A stretch of DNA of 64,000 bases. Source: Dipteris shenzhenensis (lineage: Eukaryota). The notes under the pieces were generated by a model. That model was not told the origin of the DNA, did not search any database, and was given only the letters and a program-made list of their open reading frames with translations. The number at the start of each line of letters is the position of its first letter. The first letter of the stretch is position 1. The stretch is taken from assembly GCA_047967505.1 (NCBI GenBank), contig CM106538.1; one strand, given 5' to 3'. Below are positions 14,029 through 27,294 of the stretch, piece after piece. The translations under genes were made by a program, and so were the position numbers.

Positions 14029-16637
14029 TGTTAACACCAAAGAAAAGCGGTGTTAAAACTTAACATCAACAACGAAGGCTGAAGACGAGAAACGAAGACG
14101 AAGGACGAAGAAGCCTAGGTCTGGCCAGGGAGAAAAGCCAAAAGCGAAAGAAAAAGGCAAAAGGCAGGACACATAAACTTTCCATGTATGTATTGTAACC
14201 TTTGGGTTCAAATTTTGGTAAGAGGTAGGACAACGAAGAGCATCTGATATAATGAGACATGCTACAGGCATGGGCCAAAAAACAAAAGACAACAAACGAA
14301 GGTCGAAGGTCGAAATCAACCTATGAAGATCCAAGGTCGAATGAGCCGGAACGAAGGGCAAATTGCAAAAGACCACGAACTCGAGAAATGATGGGGCCAA
14401 GCAAGCACAAATGGGCCCTTGATGGTGCGAAGCTAGAAGAAAACGATGTCAAGACAGCTCCACCGTGTACAACCTCACCAGACGAAGAAAACAAGAGGCC
14501 AAGCATGCATGAAGGAGCAATGGGCTGTGTGTGACCAAAAGAAGGCCAACAACAACGAGCTTCGAGGGATGCAGCCTCCATAAGGAAAAGAAGAGGGGGC
14601 AGTTGGCATGAAGAAAAGACCGTCAAAGAATGGCAAAGTACGAGAGTGCTGACACATGAAGATGCGTCCTCGAAGGATGCAGACTCCGAACAGCAATGCA
14701 GCATGGGAGCGCCAATGCAACCACTTTGCATGGACGGGGCCATATGAGGGCTCACACAAAGGGGGTTAACGAAAGTCAACTTCACTAACGCATGTTCATA
14801 GAAGCCGATGAAAGGTCAAAGAACGAATGTGTCCCAACGAAGGGAGCAGCCCAAAATTTTGAAGACCGAAGGACGAACATTTGACCATAGGATGGAACAA
14901 GGGGAGACAAAGGAGCACATTCGGACTATGCGAGACCAAAAAAAGGCCAGCAGCCAGGTGGTGACAAGGTGACTCCAAGACCGTATGTCCATGGGCAAGC
15001 AAAGTGTTGGCCACTTTGCACCAAGAGGCCCAACTAACGAAGGGTGGGCGAAAAGCATAAGAAAAGACTAGACTAGACCCAACACCCAAGGACGAGGGCC
15101 GACACCGAAGCTGAAGATCGATGATCGAAAACCCAAGAAGGGCCAAAGACAAACCGAAGGACCAAGAACAACCATGAACCATGAAGTATCAACATCCATC
15201 CAATGTGCAAGACTAGAAGGACTAGAAGGCGGCCGGCAACAATGAAGACAAAGAATGGCGACTTCAACAACATGATCAAGGAAGCATCGAGGTCCATGAG
15301 GCCATGGACAAATTCACAGGGGGGGATAAATGTTACACTGAAAATAAGCGGTGTTAGCATCAACCGACGATGGCCAAAGACAAGGAATGAAGATGAAGGA
15401 CGAAGAGCGAAGATCCTGGTCAAGGGAAGACCAGGCAAAAGAGGGGAAAAAGCCAACATCGAAAGCGAAAGGCGAGACATTGACAGATAAGGACGGTGGA
15501 CTGACAGGTGCCCCAGGACTTGGTAGTCAAGACCTACAACTATCATGGCGATTGGTGGGGATGCCGGGACAAGGAATTGCTGAGGAAATCCAAGCGAGAG
15601 CGCAAGTGGGTGAGAGAATCCAAGTGGACGTCACGGCCAAAATGCTATAAAAGGGTATGCTCTCTTCCATTGATAGAACTATTGGGTCGCACGGGGTATA
15701 GATTGTATAGTAAGATGGAAGTCTATGTGAACATTGCTGATTCAGCTCTGCATGTGTATAGTTAGGTGTGTTGCGGGAGTAGGCTCTCCATTTGCCTAGA
15801 GGCACAAGGATGGACCAAAGCATACGAAAAGACCAAACTAGATCCAGAGGGAAGCAATAAAGAGACCAAAGACCAAAGGACAAAGGATGACGACCCAAGC
15901 GAAAGTGAAGGCCAGCTAAAGGGATCCCAACACCCAAGGACGAGGGCCAACACCAAAGCTGAAGACCGATGATCGAAAACCCAAGAAGGGCCAAAGACAG
16001 ACCTAAGGACCAAGAACGACCATGAACCATGAAGCATCAACATTCATCGAATGCGCAAGACTAGAAGGCGGCCGGCAACAATGAAGACAAAGAATGGCGA
16101 CTTCAACAACATGATCAAGGAAGCATCGAGGTCCATGAGGCCATGGACAAATTCAAAGGGGGGGATAAATGTTACAATGAAGAAAAGCGGTGTTAGCATC
16201 GACCGACAAAGGCCAAGGACAATGAAGGATAAAGAGCGAAGGTCCCGCTAGGGGAAAACCAGGCAAAAGAGGGCAAAAAGCCAACATCGAAAGCGAAAGG
16301 TGAGACATTGACAAATGAAGCCACAAGGCCAAGGACGGTGGACTAACGGGCACCCCAGGACTCGGTAGTCAAGACCTACAACCATCATGACGATTGGTGG
16401 GGATGTCGGAATAAGGAATTGCCGAGGAAATCCAAGCGAGTGCACAAGTGGGTGAAAGAATTTAAGCGGAAGTCATGGCCAAAATGCATCCCCTCTTCCG
16501 TTGACAGAACTATTGGGTCGCACAGGGTATAGATTGTATAGTAAGATGGAAGTCGATGTGAACATTGCTGATTCGGCTCTGCATGTGTATAGTTAGGTGT
16601 GTTGCGGGTGTAGGCTCTCCATTTGCCTGGAGGCACA
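14029..16637 (+). mobile_element. Non-coding tandem LTR-internal-LTR array (TRIM-like)
   Basis: TGTTA-starting blocks at 14029, 15331 and 16170; the last two are each preceded by the polypurine tract GGGGGGGATAAA; 839-bp period between copies 2 and 3. Confidence 0.6.
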
Positions 16638-18250
16638 TGTCACAAATTTGTAACTTCTCCTAAGAAATAAAGAGAAATCTTTTATATTGACTTTGGCAAA
16701 CTAGAACAAGTTTTTACATTGCATTAGTTAAAGTTCTGGGGACGGCCACAAGGGACTGATTTTTCCACATTTTAAGGAAAACACAAGACAAATGGCCACT
16801 GGCACCCCACTTGGATGGAGGGCCCACATGAGACAAAAGCAAAAGAGGTGCCCCCTTCTAGAAGAAAGCACTCCCTCTTGGAGAAAAGCTCTAAAGCCCG
16901 CTTTTGGAAAGCTAAGAAGGCTCCCCACTTTAGGGAAATCCAATAAAGCTCCAGCTTTTGGAAAGGAGGAGGCAGGAGAGGGGGGGACTGCTTTTGGAAA
17001 GCATGTTCTTTCTACCTACCCACCCCATTCTATGAATTGAGAGGAGAGGGGGAAAAGAGGGGGGGGGGACTTTTGGAAAGCATGTGCTTCTAGCTACCCA
17101 CCCCAGTCTATGAATGGAGAGCCCTTGTGCTCCTACAATCGGTGAGATTTGTACTTTGCTTGCTCCCTTGTGAGCCACTTTGTGCTCAGCTATTCTATTG
17201 CAATAAAGACCTCCGGGTGGAGAGGGGGGGAAGCCCTTATTTCTGGCCCCTAGTGTGGTGTCTTCTTTCCCTCTATCTCAATCCGCTCTCTAGCAATTTC
17301 ACTTTATCTCTCTGTTGAAGTTTCCTTTGTTGTTGCAAAGTTTCCAGCCACCAATTGGAGAAGAGACTGAAGTGCACATCAGTTCCAAGTGCTCCTTTAT
17401 CTGCTACCTAATTTCCAACCACTTGTGGATGTGATTCTTGAAGTGCGATTTAACTAGAAGGATTGCGATTCGGTTGAGTTGTAAGCTTTTGATCCCAACG
17501 TGGGATCAGGATGGTCTCACGTTCGAACAGCGGACTCACATAGGCCAAGCCAGCTCTTTAGGGGCTTGGATGAGGCTCCCCACGGAGGGAGGGGTATGGC
17601 TCGTTGCTATTTCTCATCTCCAAGGGGCACGCTTGCAGATGAGGGGGATCGATGAAGCCATTCCTAAGTCGTGGCGGGTAGGACTCCATATACTAGTAGT
17701 CAGTTCAGTGGGTGGGTCAATCCTCTCGGACAGAGGTTCCTTCGAGGATTCTGTTTAGGCACAGCGAGTAGGGCTGGGAGGGCTCCTTCAGCCATTGTAT
17801 GAGGGAGACCCAAAGATGGACGGGAGCTTGGATTCCCTTCAATGATAGATGATTAGAGTCGTGGGCCAGTTGGGCATAGTCGTCCATCGACCCACCATTC
17901 ATTTCAGACCAGAATGCACATCGGTGGTGCCTTTGGCTTTGGGAGTTCCATCCCCTTCATGATGTCCAGTGGGATCTAGGAGAATGGTTTTGGACATCCA
18001 AAGTAGGCCACTCGAAGCACGTGGAGGAAGTGGCCTTCTCCTATATAGGAATGGTGTCTTCAACAAGGAGGCACTGTCATGGACACTGGGCTGAGCACCA
18101 GGTGCCTTGGGAGGTTAGATCTAGATTTTGGACACGGTTATGATCCAGCCAGCGGCCACATAAGATCTCTTATTTCTTCTGGATGGTTTAGCCCATGGCC
18201 AGAGTAGATGTGTGGATGGCAATGTCACCGTTGCACTGATGGAGTTCTTG
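16638..18250. mobile_element. Probable LTR with degenerate adjoining internal sequence
   Basis: Starts TGTCACA exactly where the preceding repeat is cut off; internal short duplications; no intact ORF. Confidence 0.35.
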
Positions 18251-19104
18251 AGTCGATCCCTCACTACTTATCGCATGAAAGAACAATAGCCAACCTCAAG
18301 TTAGGATTTTAGGGTAGCAAAAAGCTAGCTAACCTAACTCAAATTGTGGACATGATTAACTAGGGTTTAGATCAACAAGATGAATCAAATTTAATCTATG
18401 GTTGAAGTTGAGGTAAACTTAACCATATCTTTAAAAGTTTGCCACATGACCTCTCTATCCTTGCATTTAATTAGCTAATTAGTTTCAAGGCCTCCAAATT
18501 TCCTAAGTACTAGGGCTCATCAATAGTGCTAGAGATTTCAAAGTCGTGTCCCAAAATTCATTCAAATGATTCATATCATGTGCTCGAGCTCTAGACCTAT
18601 CCTAAGCATCTAGAAGTACAGATGACTAAGGTCACACTCGGCAAGAAGTTGCACTTTTGTACGTTGCCTTAAGAAAACGAATTGGTCATGACTGCAAATA
18701 TTAAGTGCTTGGTGCATCGCAAAATGCTAACCACAAAAGTTTGAAGTTGGAGCTCTATGTGTAGAAGGATGAATCATATTATTGTGAGTGACATCAACCA
18801 TGGGCAAATGCTTTTCGTATAAAGTTTAGTGGTCATGAACTTATCTTTTCAGGAGTTCAAGCAACCTTTGCCCATCCTAGGGATAAACGATGAGGGAAAA
18901 ACTATACCTTGGCTCTCGAAGTACAAATAAAGCTCTTCAACAATTATTTATGAGCTCGTCGTCCTTATTGGCTGAGAATGCTATGATAAGCAAAAAATAC
19001 ACTCCGATGAGGAAAGAATCAATGCCACAGCAGCTGGTTTCAGATTTTGGCACTTGCAAAGGTTAACGTTACCTTAGGCTTTTGGTTCTATCATACATAC
19101 CTTT

Positions 19105-21040
19105 CTTTTCTTTTTTTTAGAGGAAAGAACATTTTATTAATAAACTCCTTAGTGACACGGACACCAAGGAAAATACAACTCCCTACTGAAGGGTGCAATA
19201 TAAAAACACAAGGATATCCCCCCGGCTCAGGGATTACCTCATACACACGGCTGAACAAAATAGCCACTCTGGTGGTTTATAATGCAATATTCTACCACCA
19301 TCTTTAAATGAAGGAAAGGCCCTAGCTCAAATATACTGATAAAAGCCTCCCTTCTGCGCCTAGCACGATCCGAATCTCCCTAGAAACCATCCTCAAAGCT
19401 CTCCTCCAAACCTCTTGTGCTAGTGGGTGATATCACGGGGACGTGAATGTATGAACCGTGACTTTAGGGGACTAGCCCGGGGAAGCGACACTTTCCATAA
19501 GTCCCTAGGTGCCCACACTAGGCCTACATGCTAGGGGCAAGGCAAGCTTTCGAGGGGTCTAAAGGTTAGGCCCAAGAGAAACCAATGTTTCATTGATTAG
19601 AAGGGTTAGGATTTAAGTCTGAGGCGCAAACCAATGTTCCATTGGTTTTGTGGGGTTAGAGCATTAATGAGAGGGCCACGTGGCAGCCCCTCATGCACAC
19701 CTACCTCTTCCTCTCCTTCCAAGGCAAAAAGGTCCGAGAATTTTGACATGGGTGGCTGCTCTCTCTTTTTCTCACGCATCCCGAGGTCCTCTCTTTCTCC
19801 AAGGCTTCCGTACGGCTGTACGGAAAAATTTATTATTGATTGCACGGGCTGTTGCACGGAATCCAAGGCGGACATCCTTTTTGGTGGCTGTACGAAAGAG
19901 GCACGCATCCCTAGGCTGTTTGTACGGACAATTGCACGCTTCTCGTGGCAATTTGGCGCTGATTTTGAGACTGGTGTAGGGCTGTTTTCAGCACATTGTT
20001 CGAGGTGCACACTTCCCTCGGCGGATCTTGCAAGCTGCATTGATCTCTTCCTCCTCCTCCTGCCTGTGATCCTCCTCCTCCTCCTGCCCGTGATCCTCCT
20101 GCTCTTCTCCTCTCTCTGATCTCCAGCCCGTTATCTCTCTTCCTTCCCCTCTCCAAGCTACCATTTCCTCCTGCTAGCCTCCACACTGGATCTGCTGCAC
20201 GTGTTCTGGACTGGATTGGAGTTCCTTGAAGCTGATCTGGAGCTAGATTGAAGTCGTTTGAAGCTGGTTTGAGTTCTCTTGTCACTATCCCTTTCATGTT
20301 GATTGCATTTGTGGATTTTGGAAGCTCGTTATTGCTCCATTTGTTGTTGGAAGCCCCTCTTGGCCATTCAGGTAGTGATTGGGCACCTAGTCACAGAGGG
20401 TGTAACCAGATTGGGGTCAAAGGGGCAGTGCATGGATTTTTTTCCTGTATTGTGGTCACTTGTTCAGTCTGAGATCGGTGTTGAAGCTTGGTCACCCTGG
20501 GAGGCTGTTCAGCGGGTTGTGGGATTGCCAGTCCTGGTTGAGCAAGTTGGATGCTTTGTGGAATGCTTAGACACCCTTACAGTTGGTCATGGACAATGGT
20601 GAATGCCTTAGCCTTGCCTTGGCACTTGGGTACTAGTGTGTGCACTAGGATGGAATGCAAGTTGTAGCCAAAGTTTGGCTTGGATAGTGAAACTGCCAGT
20701 GGGGCAGAGCACAAGGGTGAGCCCTTGTTGTATGTACCAATTGCATTCCTAAAGAAATAAATAAATACCGGAAGGGGCGCCAAGTGTTTGAACTTTGGGG
20801 CCAGTGTGGTGTCTTGTACTTGGTTTCATTGAGCAGGGGCACTCTAGCCTCCATCCAGTTATTTCTCAAATTGTTTCTAAGTGGTATTGTTTAAAGTTAA
20901 CTGGTTGGAAATGACGCAATGTGGTTGTGAGTAATGAATATGCAATGCAAGTTATGGTCTACTACCCTTTAGAAAATTGAAGGCCGGTTACAGGTGATCT
21001 CTGAAAATATGTGCCTCCGAGAGTCCTTTGCGAAACCACA
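19105..21040 (-). mobile_element. 3' fragment of an L1 LINE, interrupted by a solo LTR
   Basis: T-run plus TTTATTAA at about 19105-19140 (polyA end on minus); joining across the LTR gives the zf-RVT-like peptide HIFRDHPLAQEVWRRALRM. Confidence 0.6.
19431..20992. mobile_element. Solo LTR, 1562 bp, with 5-bp TSD GGTGA
   Basis: GGTGA at 19426-19430 and 20993-20997; termini TATCAC...GTTACA (one end mutated from TG); the flanking LINE frame rejoins when it is removed. Confidence 0.8.
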
Positions 21041-21459
21041 TCAAGAGCATGTCACTTGAAAACAACCAAGCCCAAGCCATTGAACAGCCAAAGGAAGAGG
21101 AAGACCTTCCTTGGTCTATGCCTATGCCCAAAATCCTCAAGAAACCCCAGAGAGCCTAGAGCCTATGCCAAAAATCCTCACGAAACCCCGAAGAGAGTCC
21201 CTTTTTGTGCCAATGCTCTATTGCAGCTAGCGTTCCATCAATCCATCTCGATCCTCACTGAATAGCTGAAAAAAGGAAGATCGGAGGCATCTTGAATGAA
21301 AGTGGCTCTCCAAAACCCATGGGTCCCACTGAAGCCTCTGCAAGGGTGTCTTTTCCCAAACCCAAAACCTCCAAGCCTCCTCCTTTGTTGTGCATGGATC
21401 TAGCTGACTTTATAAGGTGCCCTGGTGTACAAACTTTACTCTTTCAAAAAAGCTGAGCA

Positions 21460-23950
21460 TTCCGAATGGAATACTCTCTAATTTTCCCAAGATGGGCATT
21501 CCAAGCTTGTAATTCATCCCGCACACATTTGAAGAAATCATCTTCATCGGCATAGACGATCTTTGTGATTCATACTACTAATTCTGCTCAAGGCATCAGC
21601 TACCCTTTTGGTACATCCTTTTCAATAATGAATCTCGAAGTCAAATTCTTACATAAGCTCAAATATCCTTATCTCATGATATCCCATTCTCAAATTGACC
21701 TTCATGAAATATGTGGCTCCATAGAGCCAATGATGAGATCGTCTATCCTTGACAAGGTATTCCTGAAATTTCATCACCCTTAGTTGAACTAACCCTATTA
21801 AGGCTACCTGAAAAACTGTGCACCAGGCACAAATTCAATCTTGTGGTCGATGCTCCTCTTAGAAGGGAGACCGTAGGGAAGTTCCTTTGAGAAAGTTTAT
21901 TCTTAGGAGTAAGACGGTAGGAAAGTTCCTTTGGAAACAAGTCAGAATACTATGACATAATCTCTCAAATTAGTTGAGCCTCAGATGAATGATCACTCCA
22001 AGCGCTCCAACTAATCGAGTTAGTCACCTCAATGACCCAAATATACCTTTCAACCAGCTGACCTTCATCATAATAATACCGAGTAGTTTGGTAGCCCTTC
22101 TGAGACTGCTCACAACCATAGCAATGACTGAAGTATAATCATGAGAGAAATCAGAATCAGAAAACTTAGCTCCATTTTTGTTTTGCAGGACAACAACAAG
22201 ACTTTCATCATTACTGCATAAGAGAATTACTTCATAAGTCTCTCTATCCCAATATTGCAACAAATCCTTATTAAAAAACAAGCATCACATTCACCCGTTT
22301 GTAATTAATAAAATGTTTCCGAAGCAACACAGAAATGTTGCTGAGTCCGAGCACATGAATTCACATCAATATGAAATGCCCTTTTTACCATTGGCCCACA
22401 AAGAGCACCATGAAGAGCGAAAAGCTTTTCATTATATTGAAATTTGAAATTGCATTACATGATTCAGATAATCAACGTTCATAAGAGGAATCTTGCTGTA
22501 ACACCACTCCATCCCTAACAAAATGTCTACCCTATCCAATCTCATAACATGGAATGACAGCTCTTTCGGGCATATGAATATTCGAAATCATCTCTTCCTA
22601 CGCAGATCAAAAAGTACCAGTGGCTGCTGAAAACCACTAGGATGCAAAGTCTCTGCACAAGAGAGGTATCAATAAAGTTATGAGTCCTCCCATCATCAAA
22701 TAAAACATGAATTGGATGCCCATTAACCAGACCCACCATCGGATTAAATCATGGGATCAAAATACGTCAACATTGAAATGGCAATGGTTACAATTTGTAT
22801 CTAAAGAAAAGACATCAAGTCTAGCAATGTTAAGATAATTACCAGACTCAACTAAGTGGACTGCCACTTTATCCTTACCATGGTTTGAAGGGCATGTGTC
22901 GAGAAGTGACCAAGCTGAGGCATAGTCCTTTAGCCCAAAAATCAACCTGTGCTGGTGAATCTGTACAAGGCTTCTTTGCAAGAGACCCCATGTCTAATTA
23001 GTCCATTTAGGCTTGGAGTTAGAGTTGTTGGCTTGGGGTTCTTTCGGTTGTTTCTCTTCTTTGGTTTTTCACTTTGATTGCCCACCAAAGGTCCTGCATC
23101 CTTCTGTGCCAGGATGCTATCATAGACATTCGCAAAGCGGATTGCCTCATTGAGTGTATCGAGTTTGTTACACCTCACCTCACTCTGATAGTCTTTTGGT
23201 GGACTAAAAATGAAGAAAAAGCGAAGTGTCTGTTGGCTTTAGTCGTGATCTGTCTGAACTCCTGCGTAAAGGAATTCGAGGAAGTTGTTTAACTCGTCCA
23301 GCTTCCTCTGTGACAGCCTTACAGAACTCATTCCAGGTTGTAGAAGCGGAGAGATTTTGCTTCAAATCTCACCACCACAAAGAGGGGTTTCCGTGGAGAT
23401 AGATCTCCACAAGGCATGGTTGTCAGAAACGTCAGGTACGAAACGTTAGGTACGTTTTAGGGTCGAGTACCTTAAGTACCTAAACTTAAGAAACTTTAGA
23501 AACATATAAATAAATAAATTATATATATATATATATATATAAAAGATATCTTATTAGTTATTAGTAATTTATAGTAGATACTGAGATGTATCATGCTGCA
23601 TGTGCCATGGCCCATGCACATTGCACTTACTACTAGAACATACATGATACATCATACAATATACAAAATCCAAGGCAAGTACTCAAAACTTTGCTGAGGG
23701 CAGGCTGAAAGCACACAAGGCTCCAAGATCGACACACGGGATTGCAAGATTCATGCATCGAGCAGCTCGAGGTGTTGGAAATGGCGCCGTACAACGTACA
23801 GCCGTCGACCTTAACCCAAGGTGCAATTTTTGGGGAAAAGCCCTAAATTTTAAGGCAGGTTTCTAACGTTTCTAACCTTTAGAAACACGTATCTATCCAA
23901 CCATGCCACAAGGATAGCGCACATATGGTCAAGGTAGTTAGTTGGTGATG
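21460..23950 (-). pseudogene. Degenerate Gypsy gag-protease remnant
   Basis: gag-like YLHGNPSLWW and DTLNEAIRFA; protease-like GHPIHVLFDDGRTHNFID (22542-22739). Confidence 0.7.
23415..23905. mobile_element. Non-autonomous hAT-type element (MITE), 491 bp
   Basis: TIR CATGGTTG...CAACCATG; perfect 8-bp TSD CCACAAGG at 23407-23414 and 23906-23913; subterminal GAAACG/CGTTTC motifs. Confidence 0.88.
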
Positions 23951-24015
23951 GCAAAATGTGCCTCCCACCTACTTAACCTTTAGTATACATACATTCCTTT
24001 TTTCCTCCTGGATAG

Positions 24016-24152
24016 ATTTTAGCTGCATCCCATTGCGTAAACGTTGGGACTATAACTCTGCTGCAGCAAGAGAACGTGCTAATATATTGCCTGCATCTGC
24101 TACAATAGATTTTGCAGTACCTGAGAATGAATCTAGACAACCTATACTTGAG
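24016..24152 (+). other. Candidate orphan exon or gene fragment, antisense to PSS1
   Basis: Branch-like CTTAAC, pyrimidine tract and TAG acceptor; protein-like frame DFSCIPLRKRWDYNSAAARERANILPASATIDFAVPENESRQPILE; GAG|GT donor. Confidence 0.35.
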
Positions 24153-26946
24153 GTGGTGCAGAAGTTTAGGAGCATCGAAGGGTTGTGTTCCCTCTCCAAG
24201 ATTCATATTGGTGTTTATAAGTCGTTGCAAGCAAGAAACAACAAATAAACAATCAATGCTTAACGACAAATTTTGGCAAGCGTACATGCGAGAATTCACA
24301 AAAAACTGAACTTCCAAAGTAAAGAAAACATGATTCCAAAGAATTTTATGTGTGTGCAACACATGCATCTCCACCCATGCAAAGCAAAATCTCAACATAC
24401 CTGGAGGTTTCTTAGAGAAAGGATGAAAGGAGAGTGCAGAGGTCAAGCGTACCCCAAACAAGTGATCCCCCATGTAAGACTACATGTCCCATACCATACA
24501 ACCCCATTTGTACACACAAGTGGTGGTGGGCTGAGGGCTCCATCCTAGTTGGATGGTTTAGAGAGGCCCCTCTCCCAAGGATGCCCCACATGAGCTGAGG
24601 CTCATACTTATATTGGTATAGGATGCGTTAGTGCCCCAACCATAAGACTACCCTAACTGTATCAAGAGTATGTCATGTCCTAACTATCCTAGGATTAGGT
24701 TACATGACCCTAGATTACTCTTAGTTCCATAACATTAGCCATGTTATGTCTAGAGGTGGACATGATAGAAAGCATGTTGTTCCTCTGTCAACCAAGATGC
24801 CACGGCCCAAGTGAAGTCACGTCCTGGGTACGTCGCATTTGTCCACCATCCTGAAGGAGCACTGCCAGATCCTTTGAGCCGTTGGACAGCTATCATCTCA
24901 AGGTCACAAGAGTCACTGTAGTGACAGATTTCGTCCACCCTGATCTGTTCCAACGATGGTCCTATGGACCGAATTCCATGAACCTTAGCCCAAATTATGT
25001 CCATGAACCATCAGCCAAATTGAAATAAAAAAATATTTCTCAGTCGTAGGTTAGTCCAAAGGCGGGTCCAAAACTTGGTAAGGACCACCTGCTCCTCGAA
25101 CCAGTGTCGCTCTTGTAAGAAAGTCCAAGCCAACATGTCCAGCTGAAGTCTTCTACCAATGCTGGTGGGAATGGAGGACCTACTTGGTGCCAAACAACAA
25201 TCTCCACAACAGAGACGACGCAACAGAGCAGGTTCAAGTTCCATCGCTTGCATATCTTAGATGTCCCTCCATAGGCCAATGATATCCCCTCTGAAATTAG
25301 AAGGAAACTCCTTGTATCACGCACCCCCTCGCACAAATGGATGTGTTTTACAATGCAAACGTCTCTCCTATTCAAGTAAGAACTCATTATTTGGAATTGG
25401 TTGTTTGGATTTTGTCACAATGAGAGTTCACGGCCTAGTGGCCCAACAACCTTTTAACCAACTGTTGAATACTCCTACTTCAAAGTTGCATCAACCGCTC
25501 CTCTGTATGGGCATTTCTTCTTCTTTTTGTGTTTTTTCTACTGCTTCTTGCCAGCATTGGAATTGAATTGTAGACACTTGGAAAGTTCATCGTGCAAGTA
25601 CCTACCATCCTATGCCTTTTGTTTGGTACCTTGCAAGCCCAAATCTTGTACTTGCAAGTTGTTCCTTTAGTCGATCTAGCCATTCGTAGAATCTTCCTGC
25701 CCTTATGAGCTACAGTTTGTAGGAGAAGCTCCCACCTAGGCTAGAGTTTTTGAGAGATTCATGCCCTTCAAAAGATTCTTGTTGCCATGATATTGACCAA
25801 TTTAGACAAGCCAATTGTTAATTGTCAACTCCTCCAAGAATTGGGTTTTATAAAATATAGTAAGGGTTTTTTAAAATAGCTTTCATCTACATCCCGGATA
25901 GGAGCCCCTCCTTGAACTTAAGGGCCGATCAGTCAATGTCTCTACACAAAACTTGCAGATTGCTTTTGCTCTATAATTACCATATTTCTTGAAGCTAGAC
26001 TCGGCTATGAACACTCCAATAGCACATAAGACAAGGGGATATCACGCAAGATAATACCAACTAACAATGGAGAGCCAAGGGGAGAAGAGGATGAAGGTGG
26101 GATCCGGTACAATGCAAGGAAGGGTAAAACTTGGTGGCAAAATGAAACCATATGGCCAAATTTCATTTTTAGGGCTAGGGGAATGGCCTTGCAAGGCCAT
26201 CTCATAAAAACGCTTCAAGCACAAAATGTTTCTAAACACCATTTGAGACATGTTTTGTGGTGTGGCTCTTGTAGCTAATTAGTCAGACAATATCAGTTAG
26301 GGTGAGTGAGTTGTTAATTATCTTAGTAGATGGCTCCTCTACAACGTTGGTTTGCCTATGAGCTAGTCTATGCATTTTTTTAAATTATTGGGTTAGTTCT
26401 TTGGGTCTTCTTCATAATTGATTCAAATCCACCGCTTATGCTTGTGGGGTGTATATGCTTGTTTTAAGCTCTTGCTTACCAAGCTTTATACTTGGATCAT
26501 ATTTTGATTAGAGACTTGCAACAAGCTTGACGATGGACATTACCATAGACACTATTATCATTATGATCTTGGCACATGTCATAACGCCTTTCCACACATG
26601 ATAATGCCTTCCCTTCGTTATTTGAAGGGCATTGAACAAACACATTGATTTCTCAAACTTCATCTCAATGACTTCTTGTATGATAATATTCCAAAGAATT
26701 GTTATATCAATGAAAATCGACTTGAAATCAGATTTTGATATTTTCATAGAAACATTTATTAGGAACTCTCTGGATATTCCTCTCTTCAACTATTCTCATT
26801 GTATACTATTCCAGTTATATCAATGAAAATCAGACTTTAGCACTCTCATAGAGGACCTTCCTCTCTTCATACACATGAGAAAAATGTTTTTGTTAAATTT
26901 CAACCATATTATAGTATCACAATGAGTAGAGCAGCCATTCACGTAC

Positions 26947-27038
26947 TTTACCAATAATATTGGGTTGAAGACTTAGCCCCACCCACTCATATGTCTTGCC
27001 ATCAAAGTAGCGCACAGTTTTCATTCCGGCCCATATAC
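26947..27038 (-). CDS. PSS1: PSS1 exon ([31 protein letters not shown])
   Basis: AAAG acceptor and AAA|GTACGT donor; near-identical to plant PSS1 as recalled; phase 0 joins to 13199. Confidence 0.95.
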
Positions 27039-27209
27039 CTTTTCAAAAAACAAGAGGGAAAAAGAAGAAGAAGAAAATCAATACCAAGTTGGAATAGAAA
27101 ACAATCATTGAGAAGCTGATTCTAGATAATGCATAATATCATAGCAAAAAATATGTTAATGGCACTATCTTCCTCAAACAAACATGCCACATGTTACAAG
27201 AAAACATAC

Positions 27210-27294
27210 CAAACCAATTGCAAACGAGGATGTCAAGTATAATGCTATCCCACCAACATTCATTGAAATTTGGCAGCATGTGCTTGAATGTCAC
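27210..27294 (-). CDS. PSS1: PSS1 exon ([29 protein letters not shown])
   Basis: TTCTAG acceptor and G|GTATG donor; hallmark PSS motif LPNFxECWWD. Confidence 0.96.

Noticed and set aside
14053-17320. Numerous 60-170 aa ORFs on both strands
   Set aside because: They are by-products of purine-skewed LTR-like repeats with no recognisable domains
19606-20602. Overlapping 99-161 aa ORFs
   Set aside because: All lie within the TSD-flanked solo LTR and show no domain signatures
24750-25400. Intact coding gene
   Set aside because: Fragmented Trp-rich frames most like a decayed LINE C-terminus; cannot be supported further
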